Assembly (NCBI GenBank): GCA_963693365.1 | Contig: CAVNZM010000002.1 | Coordinates: forward strand, 4,480,259-4,544,258 | Direction of reading: 5' to 3' | From: Amoebidium appalachense | Taxonomy: Eukaryota; Protista; Ichthyosporea | Length of the DNA stretch: 64,000 bases | Shown: in pieces, positions 1-11,774 of the stretch | Layout: every line of letters begins with the position of its first letter | How positions within the stretch are numbered: the first letter of the stretch is position 1 | The notes under the pieces: generated by a model | What the model was told of the DNA's origin: nothing | Databases searched by the model: none | The model's input: the letters and a program-made list of their open reading frames with translations, nothing else | Made by a program: the position numbers and the translations under genes

Positions 1-73
1 ACTGGCTGACCAGTGTGCGCCCCTGCGCCTCGGCCTGGAACCGCGCCAAGGTGTCGGCCAGCCAGCCGTCCAT
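1..73 (-). CDS. Possible first coding exon of a gene running off the left edge (MDGWLADTLARFQAEAQGRTLVSQ...)
   Basis: ATG at 73 on the minus strand. The frame is open to the window edge with GC3-rich codons like neighbouring exons, and AT-rich promoter-like DNA lies upstream. Too short to assign a family. Confidence 0.3.
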   Translation of the reverse strand, partial: MDGWLADTLARFQAEAQGRTLVSQ

Positions 74-1078
74 AGTCCCAGCTAGCATCACGCAGGCATT
101 ATGACCTTGCAGTCTCTTTTAAATCTGAAGCAGAACGTGTATTAATTGCGTAGTGGTGCAATAGAATCTTGGCTGCTCGCTCTACTGCGCATACGGCTTA
201 CTTATGGATCTCTAAACTGCACGCTTACTTTTTTTTCACGTCCTATACTGTAAACAACTTCACCAAATGTGTACAGTGCAGGTTCAGGTCTTTCTTTTTT
301 TTGACGCAGTTGCACTGTGTGGCTCATCACACTCACAACAATAGTTCCCCATAGATCAGTTCCTTGAAGAAATTGAAAAATAAGAAAATACAGCTATTGC
401 AAAACAGCAGAAAAGGTCCTAAAAATTAATTAGAGCATTAAAAAAGTATAAAATGAAAACAAAACGTGATGTACTGTCTGGGACCGCTATTTACGGGCCC
501 ATTGCACCGCAAATTATGAAAGCAAAAGAAATCATTCTTAGGAATTTCATGAAAGTGACCCCCGATACCTCCGACGGAGTGAGCCTCTTGCACCAGGGTG
601 CAAAATTGCTGTGTTGTTTGAGGCCTGTTGGGTAGAAAGTTACCTTCACCTTGGTCGCCTAATGCAGGCGCCAGCCTGTTGAACGTCCTAAGGGGTTGTT
701 TTCTTAGCACAACTCCGCATGTCAGGACCACTGGTTTAAGTTAGTAACCCTATTTTTTCGGGTTAGGGTCTTTTTTTTTTTTTTTTTTACACCTGCAATA
801 TCGTGAGCGTCGTACAAGAGGGCATTGTTTCACAACCTGCCTGTATTGTAGGCATTGCATGCATGCACACGCACAGAACCCACAGACTCTGGCAGACGTG
901 TTAGACACATTTCAACACAGCCCAAACGGAGGCGAAAGGTAGACAGACACATAGCAGCCACACAGCCAGGCAACACGAGACCTAGCCAGCACCTTGCCCG
1001 CCAGGAACCGGGGTAGACGGTCATCTCAACCCCGTGCGTAGCCCCGGCTGCTTGCTGGCCTGGGGGCCTCCTGGCGCT

Positions 1079-3444
1079 ATGGCCACCCTGGCCAGCCTGT
1101 CGGGTGCGTGCCCCTGGGCGTGCCCGTGTGCATGCCCCTGTCTGTAGCCCTGCGCGTGCCCCTGCGTGTTTTCCTATGCGTGCCCTTGTGCATGCCCCTG
1201 CGCGTGCCCTTCTGCGTGCTCCCGTGTGTGTCCTTGTGAGTCCCTCTGTGGGTCCTTGTGCGTGCCCCAGTAGGTCTTGCGCGTTTCCGTGTGTGTGCTC
1301 GTGTGTGTTCCCCTGTGTGTGCCCTTTGTGGGCTCCTTTGCGTGCCCGTGCGTGCCTCTGCGTATACCCGTGTGAGTGCCCCTGCGTGTACCCGTGCGCG
1401 TGCCCCTGTGTGTGTACCGCTGGGTTCCCCTTGTGCGTGCCCGTGTGTGTGCCCCAGTGTGTGTTTCCCTGTGCATGCCCCTGTGCGTGCTCTTATCCGT
1501 GCTCGTGTATGTGCTCCTGTGAGCTCCCCCGTGTACCCTTTGTGTGCTCCTGTCCGTGCCCTTATGCATGACCGTGTGCATGCCTCTGTGTGTGCCCATG
1601 TGCACCCCTATGCGTACCTCTGTGCGTGGTCCCGTGTATGACCTTGTGTGTGCCTGCCTGCGTGCCTGTGTGTGTTCACCTGTGTGTACCCTTGTGCGTG
1701 CCCCTGCGTGTGCGTCTGTTTATGCTCTTTTTTGTGCTCCCGTCTGTGCCCTTTTTGTGCCCCTGTGCTCTGTGTCCCCCTGTGTGTACGCCTGAGTGCG
1801 TGCCTGTGTGGTTCTGACTGTCGTGCAGTGCCCAGCAACCTGGAGGAGCTGGAGGGTCTGATTGCCGACGGCTACGACCCCTTTGCCCTGCTGGCCGACC
1901 CGCTACCCCACCCCACGTAAGTGCCTGCCCCCTGCCTGCCTGGGGTGTGCACGTGCTTGCTGGTTGGGGTGTGCACGTGCTTACAGGCGGACACACAGGT
2001 CCGGCAGCGAGGGTCAGCCTGAGGGAGACACATCTGACGAGGCCAGGTGTGTGTCTGCATGGTGGGGAGGGGGGTGGGAGGGATTGGGGTACTGTTGCAG
2101 CCGTGTGCTTACCGGGTTGCAGTGTGGGCACGTGCTCTGCAGGCGGTGCACTGGACCCCCCAGACCAGCTCACTGGCTGGGCCCTGCCCCCCTGGCTGCC
2201 CTATGCCCTCGGCCAGGCTGCACCCCCCCTGGGCCTGGCGGGGGTCAACCTGCCCCGGCACGACGAGGGCACTGCAGGGGACGGGCGCAAGCTGAGCCAC
2301 GCAGAGAGGGAGAAGCAGAGGGTGCAGACCATCAGCGACACCGTGGATGCCCTGAGGGAGATAGTGCCGGGCTGTGAGGACAAAAAGGTGCCCCGGGTAC
2401 GTACACCGGGAGGGTAGTTGGAGGGGTTGGGGTGGTAGGTGTGTGTGCTGACATTGTTGCAGGCGGTGGTGCTGCAGCGCACTGTGACGTACATCCTGCA
2501 GGTGCAGCAGCAGCTGGCAGCCCTCTCCACAAGCCTGCAGCAGGCTCAGGCAGACGCCCAGCAGCTCAAGGTGGGCTCGGGGGGAGGGGTGTGTGTGTGT
2601 GTGTAGGTGGGGGGGGGGGGGGGGGGGGAGGAGGTGAGGTGGGGTGCTGACATATGCACAGGTCATGCTGAGCTACTACAGCAGTGCCGCCCTGAGCCTG
2701 CCCTCCCCCCAGCCCCTGCCTCTTGGCCCCCTACACCCCAGCCCCCCAAACCCAGACCCTAGGCCCTTGGCCCCGCAGCCAACAGCCCGGCAGGAGGACA
2801 GGGTGGGTGCAGGGTGCATGGGCAGGCAGCAAGGGAGGGGGGTTGTGCTGACGGCGGGGCAGGGGGGTGGAGGCCCTGCAGACAGCCGGCGCAAGCTGCA
2901 GCGTGTGTCTAGGGCCAGCAGGCTGCTGCCTTGGGCTGGCCCAGACCTGCAGGGCCCACAGGGGGGTTGGCCACAGGTACGTGTCGTGCGGTGGGGGGGT
3001 GGGGTGGGGGTGTGTGGCAGGTAGACTGACAAGGGGGCTGCAGCATGCAGGGCGGCACCCCACGCTGCTGTACAGCACCGTGCCCGTGCTCAAGGACACA
3101 CCGGGCTATCTGGGCAACACCCGGGCACTAGTGGTAAGTGTCAAAGGGTGGGGGGGGGGGGGGGGGGGGGGGGGAGGGGAGGGGAGTGGTGGTGCTGACG
3201 TGTGCACAGGGGCTGTGCTTCTTCCTGCTGCTGTCGCCCACCTGCAAGCTGATCTTCAACGATGCACCCATGGGCCCAACAGGCCCGGGCAGGGTGCTTG
3301 CCTCTACTGAGGTTTGTGGCTCGGGCTGGTTTTAGGCTGGGTGGGGGCTGGCGGCAGGGTGCTGACAGCAGGGACAGGGGGAGCAGGCACACCCGCTGTG
3401 GCTGCTGCTGTGCTTCTGGGTCAGGTGTGTGCCCTGTGCTGGGG

Positions 3445-3477
<33 letters not shown>

Positions 3478-4128
3478 GGGAAGGAGGGGAATGCGGGGGG
3501 GGGGGGGGGGGGGGACTGTGCTGACGTGTGTGAGCAGGCGGGCATGGCCGCACTTTCTGCTGTGCCTACGGTCCATGGTGTGCATGCTGCTGGCTAGGGT
3601 GGTGCTGCTTGCTGCTGAGCCTGCAGCATTCAAGAGCGAGAGTGTCATGTGTCAGGTCCAGTGCACACGCAAGCTGGCTGAGGATGCTTTCAGGTGCATG
3701 CCAGGGGGAGAGGGGGGAGGAGGAGGGGGGGGGGGGGGGTAGGAGGGGGAGAGGGTGTGTAGGTGCTGACAAGGGGTGCAGGCAGGGCAACGTGTGGGAG
3801 GCTGAGAAGCTGGCACTGCAGGCACTGGGGCTGTGTGGGCACACACCAGACGAGCTGACAGACTTCAGACTGTTCATTAACTACATCATACAGACCGGCC
3901 ACCACCAGGTAGGAAAACACAGGGGAACGGGGGGGGGGGGGGGAGGGCGCAGGGCAGGGGCTGAGGGGGTATTGCAGCTGCGCAACTGGAAGCTGGGCAT
4001 GTGGGTGGACTCGTGGTTCCTCAAGACGTACGACACTACCCCTGTGCTGGCTGAGCTGGCCAGACTGTACTACTGCCTGCACCTGGTCAGGGTGAGTGTG
4101 TGTGTGTGTGTGTTTGTGTGTGCGTGTG

Positions 4129-4166
<38 letters not shown>

Positions 4167-4884
4167 TGCGTGTTTGCCCGCGCTAGTGCGCCGTGTGCGT
4201 GTGTGCGTGCGTGTGCGTGTGCGTGTGCGTGTGGGCATGTATGTGCTTGTGTAGGCGTGTGTGTACATACGTGGGTGTGCATGCATGTGGGTGCTGACTG
4301 CATTGCAGTGCTTCTACCGGCGTGACGGGGGCCTGCACCCCATCTACCTGCTGAGCTGTGCCACAAACTATGCTGAGGCTGGGGATAGTCTGTATCCGGG
4401 CAGCCCCCTGCTGACCCAGATCTACGTGTCCTACATGTTTGTCTTCGAGCAGCTGTTCCCTCAGTTCCACTACATCTCCAGGTGTGCGTGTGTGTGTGTG
4501 TCTTTGTAGTTCCACTACATCTCCAGGTGTATACGTTTTCGCTTTGTAGTTGCACTGTACTTCCAGGTGTGTACGTGTGTGTGTCTCTGTAGTCCCATTA
4601 CATTTCCAGGTGTGTGTGTGTGTCTATGTAGTTCTAACACATCTCCTGGTGTATGCGCTTTGGGCAGCTGTAACCCGATTTTCACCATCCCTCTGTGTGT
4701 GTATGTTGGGCAGTGTGCTAACGTGGGCAGCAGGTTCTACCAGCACCGTGCGCTCAGCAGGGTGCAGGCCGGGGGGCCCGAGCATGCACAGCGCATGGAG
4801 GAGATCAGTGAGTTCATAGAGGGCAGGAGGCAGCTGTGCAGGCTCAGCGCTGCACCGGGCCTACTGATTGTCGTGCTGATGCTG
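1079..4884 (+). CDS. SREBP: SREBP-like membrane-tethered bHLH-Zip transcription factor (about 15 exons; 3' end uncertain, may extend to about 5360-5460)
   Basis: Phase-consistent exons from ATG 1079 (1079-1103, 1829-1916, 1999-2046, 2123-2396, 2463-2570 ...). Domains in order: acidic N-terminus; bHLH-Zip RKLSHAEREKQRVQTISDTVDALREIVPG...VVLQRTVTYILQVQQQ; TM1 NTRALVGLCFFLLLSP; loop GPGRVLASTE; TM2 ending VLLAAEP. The C-terminal domain segments RKLAEDAFRQGNVWEAEKLALQALGLCG, LARLYYCLH and ATNYAEAG..LTQIYV resemble the animal SREBP regulatory domain. Confidence 0.8.
1104..1828 (+). repeat. Degenerate GT/GC-rich compound microsatellite filling intron 1 of the SREBP-like gene
   Basis: Reiterated gtgtgtgccc(c/t)tg-type units between the GTGCGT donor and the CTGAC..CAG acceptor. 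Confidence 0.8.
4463..4655 (+). repeat. Five tandem copies of an exon end plus 5' splice site
   Basis: agttccactacatctccag|gtgt (the real exon end, 4481) recurs four more times with increasing divergence, separated by (GT)n spacers. Confidence 0.85.
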
Positions 4885-4896
4885 GTGGGCCTGCAC

Positions 4897-5150
4897 ATGT
4901 GCACACACACACATGCTCACACACACACACGCTCACACACACACACACATACATGCACACCAGTCACACACATGTACACGCACACGCACACATGCACATG
5001 CACACACACACACACCCACACACCCACGCACGCACGCACACACACACATACATGCACACCAGTCACACAGATGCACACGCACACACACATGCACACGTAC
5101 ACACACACACACACACACGCACACACACGTACACACACGCATACACACAT
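4897..5150 (+). repeat. (CA)n-derived compound microsatellite
   Basis: CA runs with a duplicated acatgcacaccagtcacaca unit. Confidence 0.85.
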
Positions 5151-5814
5151 GCGCGTGGGTATGCCCTGCAGGGCTGCACGCGACTTGGTCATCCTTGCAG
5201 GTCCACACATGCCCAATCAAGGGTCCACGAGCAAGCACTTGAACAATCAATCCCCCCTCCCCCCATTCCCCGCATCATTTTTTTGGGCCATGATGTTTAT
5301 CCCAGATATGCTGAAGGAGACAAACACAGGCAGGAAGGCTCTTTCAGCTTTGTTTTACACTGAGGGCATGAATTTGGCATTTCACTGTGGTCCTTTGTAC
5401 ATTAAACAAGACGATGAACGTATTCTTTCTGTACACGGGCGTCTGTCATTAACCTAAACCATCCATCCGAATGTTTTTAAAGGCACCTCTTCTCTCACTC
5501 TGTCAACAAAGCACTAACTAGGTCTTGCTATACGTCACGAGGCACCATGACTAATCCTATACTGGCAAGGCGCTGCTTTAACCCCCTGAACTCAACCAAA
5601 CACAATGTTTAACCCTAATATGCTGCTGGTTGCTGCACCACATTGACACACACTCCTGGCTGTGGTGCAGGCAGGGGCGTGTGTGATCCAGCTGACGACC
5701 ATCCTATTTGAAGATGACACGTACCGCCAGAGCACACTGTTCAACAGCCTGATGGTTGTGCCTACCACCCTCCTGTTCCCTCTGGCCGTGCTCACATGCT
5801 TCCCCCCATAGTCC

Positions 5815-5934
5815 CTACACACGCACCATGCTGTTGCCCTGCAGTGCATACCTGCAGCGTGGGGTGGTGAGAGGGGGAGTGGGGGAGAGGGGGGGGGGGA
5901 GGGTGGGGCAGTGGAGTAGGTAGGGGGTTTTTTT

Positions 5935-5969
<35 letters not shown>

Positions 5970-6527
5970 AGAGTAGGTGTGCATGACTAGATTTGACGCA
6001 GAATAGTAGTAATTGTGCATGGATACATCAGAAGATGTAAAGCAGGTGTTTTTCAACATATGACGCAGAAAAGCAGATGTGGACGTAACATATGAGGCAA
6101 TAAAGCAGATGTGTACGTTCGCATGTGACACAACAAAGCAGGTGTGCATGGCAACAACATGTGACACAACAAAGCAATAAGTCCACGGCCAGGGCATGCC
6201 CCATGCCTTGTTGCTGTGCGCTGTGTGCATACCTCTCCTCGGTCCAGCCGTACATCTCCGGGATCAGCTTGATGATGGTGTGTGTGGCTATGGGCACCTG
6301 CAATGCCTCCTGGTAGCCCAGCGCCATGAAGTAGCCGTACAGCAGCTGCAGCGTGGACAGGTGCGACACAACAACTACTGGCGACCTGCTCTTAATAGTC
6401 AGCATGCTGCTGGACCATTGATGTCGCGTAGAGCCTGTGTGGTCAGGCGTGCAGTAGGAGGGCTTTCCTCTTTTCACATTAATAAAAAAAAAAAAAAAAA
6501 AAAGAAGCACACACACACACACATACA

Positions 6528-6574
<47 letters not shown>

Positions 6575-6613
6575 TTGGTGGTAGTGGTGGTGGTTGGGTG
6601 GAGGTGGCGAAGG

Positions 6614-6655
<42 letters not shown>

Positions 6656-9600
6656 CTAGGGCAGGCACATACCGCTGGCGCTCCATGTCCACTATGAGAG
6701 GGTCCAGACCACGCACACAGTCGTGGATGCTCTCTCCCCCCGGCATCCTGCACAACACCATGTCAGTAGACCACCCGGGGGAGAAGGGGGGGGGGGGGGG
6801 GGGGGGGGGCAAGGGCGCATGCCTGTAGTGGAAGGGATCATTAAGGAACTTATTGTACTCGTCCGGCATCTCCATCCTGATCTGGGCCACACTCTTGCCG
6901 TGGCAGATACCAGTGTCCATCATGTTGAGCGCAGCCCACTGCTGGCTGCGCCCAGGCAGCCTCTCGGCCGTATGGATGGCCCTGCGTAGGGGGCTGGTGT
7001 AGACCTTGAGTGCCCTGGCACCCTGCTGCTGGAAGAACGACGGCAGCAGCTGCAGCCACCATCATCAGTCAGTCACACCACACCAGTTACAAGCCAACCT
7101 CCCCCCACCCACCCATATGCAGGCCTTATCCCCCCCCCCCCCCCCCCCCCCTCCCTCCACCGGGGGCCGTACCCCGCCCACTCCTGCCACCCCCCAACCA
7201 ACCCATCCAACATGCACAAATCCTACACACCACAAACCCCAGCCCATACACGTAAAACAAACCCCCCTTCCCCCCCCCCCCAGCACACACACACACACAC
7301 ACACACCACCACCAACACTACGACCCAACCCCACCTCAGCAAATGCCTGACCCTCCTTGCTGAGAGTACACGCTGCCGTCGACTTGGAGGCCAACGAAAA
7401 TCCAGACAGCATAACCTCCCTGCCAGCCCATAGACCCCCCATCAGACAACATAACTAACCTCCCTGCCAGCCCATAGACCCCCCCATCAGACAGCATAAC
7501 CTCCCTGCCAGCCCATTGACCCCCCCATCATCAGACAGCATAACCTCCCTGCCAGCCCATAGACCCCCACATCAGACAGCATAACCTCCCTGCCAGCCCA
7601 TAGACCCCTCCCATCAGACAGCATAATCTTCTTCCTGCCAGGCTCTCCCCACCAGGCAACATAATTAAAAACCCCTGCCCTCCCCTCTCTCACTCCCCCC
7701 CCCCCCTCCCCCCCCTCCACCTCCCCCACCCAATCCCCTCGTGCCCCCCCCCCCCTCCCTCCCCCCCCCCCCCCCCCCCCCTCCCTCCCCGGGTGCCCCC
7801 CCTCTCCCACGCACCCCTCTATCTGGTCCTGCTGCTGCTGCACGTATGCGCTGAAGTTGCTGACGGTGCGCACGTGCTCGCTGTCGCCTGCACGCATCAA
7901 GTAGACAGGCCGGGGGTGGATGTGGATGGACGTCAGGTAGGCCAGCAGCCGGTGCTGGGTGCTGCCCTCCAGCCGGTTGGCCACAACCTGTCCCCCCAGC
8001 CCTAAGCAAAAAATCCCCCATACGTGCTTGCAGCATGGGGACCCTCTTCTCCCCCCCCCCCCCCCCCCCCCCCCGGCACCGTCCCGCGCGTCCACCTTTC
8101 CCCTCTCCTTTCCCTTCCCCACCCCACCCCACACACAAACAAATGCCAAACCAGACAAAATTTAACAACACACACACACACACACACACAAGCCATACAA
8201 GCACGTCAACACACACACACACACACACACAAGCCATGCAAACACGTCAACACACACACACACACACACCTTGCTCTGCAGATTGATGCACTTGATGTAC
8301 GACAGACTGTCGTCCTCTATAAGTTCGTATACCCTCCGATAGTTTTCTATTCTCTTTCTGCAGTGTTAAGTCAGACCCAGCCAAGACTTGAGGCAGCTGG
8401 GGTTTGTTGGAACACACCCTACCTACCTACCCACTTGGCTGATGTCTCCCTCTACCCCCCCCCCCCCCCCTCCTACCCACCCCCCTCACACACCCCCTTG
8501 CTTCTTGCCCAATGCTGACCATCACCTGCAAAGCTCCCCCCACCACCGAACTTGCCTCAACTCAGCGCCACCATCACCATCACGGGCCCAGAACCACTAC
8601 TCCCGGCTTCCACCCCCTCAGCCCCACTACTACAATGTGGCTGGGCCTCCGGCAGTGTCCACGCAATAGAAAGTGTGTAAACCCCACTACTACAACCGAC
8701 CAACCACCATCACAGTCACCAATACAACCACCATAGGTACGGGCGCCCCGCGCATGACACACACATGAACACCATCACCAACCTTAGGTCGTCCATAGCT
8801 TTTTCCTCCGGCCATCCCTTGTAGTCAGGTGAGTGGCCTATTTTTTGCCTCATGTTTGCTTCCAGCACGTCTTTGTCCTGTGTACACCCCTCAGCATCCA
8901 TCCTCCCCCAGCCCCCCCCTTCTCCCCCCCCCCCCCCTCCCCTTCCCAACCCCCGCTCCTCTCCCCCCTCCCACCCTCCCCCCCACACACATACACACCT
9001 CGCATATGCTCTCGACAAACAGCACCTGGGGCGCCGCACTGTGCTTTGCTGCCACGGTGCACACACGCTGCCGCCGTTCCGCTGTAGTGTTTGTGGCATC
9101 CAGAATGGCCAGCTCCCCATCGCCCTCTGAGCCTCGCGTAAGTACACGCGCAGCAATACAGTGCAAAGCGGCACTGCCAGCCACAGACCACCCACAGGTC
9201 ACACCACGGTACACCGTTGCCACACGGCACCAGCACCTTTGCACAAACAAACACCGCCACTATATGTATCCACACACCACCCCGACAGGCACGGGCGCGC
9301 ACCCAGCCAGTCCAGTGCAGACTGCAGCACGTCCAGCGCCAACTTGTCGCGCAGCTGCCTGGCGCTTTCGTTGTCGGGGGCAAAGAAGTCTGCCTTCTGC
9401 TCGCACTGCAGCGCAGCCTCCCGCCGGTGGTTGCCCACGTTGAAGACACGTGCCTGGTGGGGTCAGGCGGTTAAGGGGGGCGGGGAGTGGTGGGGGAGGG
9501 GGGAGAGGGAGGGGGGGAAGGGGGAGGGGGAGGGAGGGGGGGAGGGGGGAAGAGGGTCGCTGTTCCGAGGGGCTGTGCTCACCTTGTAGCCCAGCCAGCT

Positions 9601-9744
9601 GAAGTAGCCCTGCACCTTCTTGCTCAAATATGACTTGCCCGTGCCCGGCAGGCCCACCAAGACCATCAGCACCCTTTCCCCAGGAGGGGCCGAGTCCAGG
9701 TGGCCACTGGTGTGCACCAGCCGCCAGTCCGCAGCCGCCTCCAT
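5815..9744 (-). CDS. PFKFB: 6-phosphofructo-2-kinase/fructose-2,6-bisphosphatase family protein (phosphatase domain degenerate)
   Basis: Spliced motifs: VLVGLPGTGKSYLSKKVQGYFSWLG, FNVGNHRR, AILDATNTTAERR, VLFVESIC, SPDYKG, RIENYRRVYE, YLMRAGDSE, VYTSPLRRAIHTA, LNMMDTGICHG, PGGES, VVSH, GYF, HTIIKLIP. The last exon (5851-5815) is tentative. Confidence 0.92.
7403..7640 (-). repeat. About 40-bp minisatellite (6 copies) containing the 3' splice site and exon start of a PFKFB exon
   Basis: Plus-strand unit cagacagcataacctccctgccagcccatagacccccc. On the minus strand it reads ...ggctggcag|ggaggttatgctgtct, matching the real acceptor at 7420/7419. Confidence 0.85.
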
Positions 9745-10666
9745 CCTCCCTGCGACAACCTTATCCGCCTCGTGTGCACTACCACCGGCCGCGGCCTAGG
9801 CACGGAAGAGGTCTGGGAACTGTTGCTGCATGAAAACAGGGGCCTAGGTATGTACCACACATGCAGAAAGCTTTGGCGCGAACCGCTTGCACTGGCGAAA
9901 AGCCTCCGTTTTACTTTTTTTGGCTCTCAATGCGATGAGTCAGTAACGGACAGTCGAGGAATGATCGGTATGTTGCGGGTATGTGCGAGGCTATCATGCG
10001 ATTGGCCGGAGCATAAAGAGAGTTCCTTCCACAACCAACTGACCAAGCTCTCGTCTTTGTTCCTCTCTTCTTCTCTCACTCTCCAACGATTTGTTTACCT
10101 ATCACAAACAGCCTGATCAAGCTAGCAGGGAGTCACCGTGCTGTCTCTGAGTCACCAACTCGAGTGTCCGTTGAGGGATGAGGTTACTACGGTATACTTT
10201 GTTATACTGCAGTTATGTATTTGGTAGTTTCTATAGGCACTAACACTAGACCCGTCCAGCAGCCACCTAGGCATACAGCACAGTAGGAGTAATGAAAGAA
10301 ATGAAAGGTGCAGGGCCAAGCACATAGTCGTTAACAGTGCGGTTGGTCACTCACCTGACACCGTTGCCAAACCAAACCAACACACACTTGATGGGCAGCA
10401 CTCGCACGCACGTACCCAACCACCAACACAGTTGTTGTACACAGCCCACATTGGACACGCGGGCTAATTGTCCAGACTGCATTCTGCGTGGTGGCCGAGC
10501 GACGTAGGTGCGGCGGGGTGGCAGCCAGGTGCAGTAATAGCTCTGCCGGCGCCTGCCTAGCCCCGAGGGTGCAGTGTGGCCCTTGGAGGGCCCATTCACG
10601 CCCACCAGCATAGGCCCCGGCCCCGCCCTGGCCTGCAGCCCCCAGGGGTTGGCGTTTGCCGCAAGC

Positions 10667-11429
10667 ATGCTGTCTGCCGTGTGTTCCGGCTGCAACACCG
10701 AAATAACGGGCCAGGTAGAGTGTGCTGCACGCACTTGCAGTAGCACTTTGCCATACACACGCTTACAACATAACACAGCTAGCACATACACATACGCCCA
10801 CAACACATAGCACTCACACACCCACACATAACACAGCTATCACGCACACACACATACACACACACGCACACAGAACACAGCTAGCACACACACACAGATA
10901 CGCATAACACAGCCAGGACACACACAGAGACACACTGCACAGCAAGCACAGACACACAGATACACACTCAGAGAAACAAGTAATAACGTTCCCGCACACA
11001 TACACTCGCACAAACTCACCACCCCCACGCGCGCGCACACACACCCACACACACAAAAACACACCCACCACACCCGTGCGCGCACGTGTGCACACACACA
11101 CGCACACACACACGCACGCGCACACGCACCCAAACACATACACACACTTAACCACTCACAAACACACACGTGGCGGGCTAACACTACACACATAATCTGA
11201 GGCTCAGGCACACAAGCAAGTGGCCTGTGGTCACTCCCATGTGCTCTACATTACTCTCGAAAACCCCTCCGCACAAGCACAGTGTGGCTCGTAGAAATAC
11301 ACAGGGCGGGGAAAATGTGTCCATGCCTTCAGTGGCGTGCTGCACGCACCCACGAACGCACAAGTACATTCACACGAACACGTTATCACATGCACACTTG
11401 CACGTAGTGCACATACACTAGCTTACAAG

Positions 11430-11515
<86 letters not shown>

Positions 11516-11679
11516 GTGCATAACAGGCACACAGTCTTGTTACTGATTATAAGGACACGCTTTGATGTAAATGCCAAAGCATATTGGCGTTTACGTGCCT
11601 GCCCTACACGCACGCGCACTTCAGAAGGAAGCGGCATGCACATATACACGCACAAGGATGGTCAACAGAAGCATACACG

Positions 11680-11774
<95 letters not shown>

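Noticed and set aside
735-790. Telomere-like taaccc/ttaggg motifs
   Set aside because: Only isolated single units, not an array.
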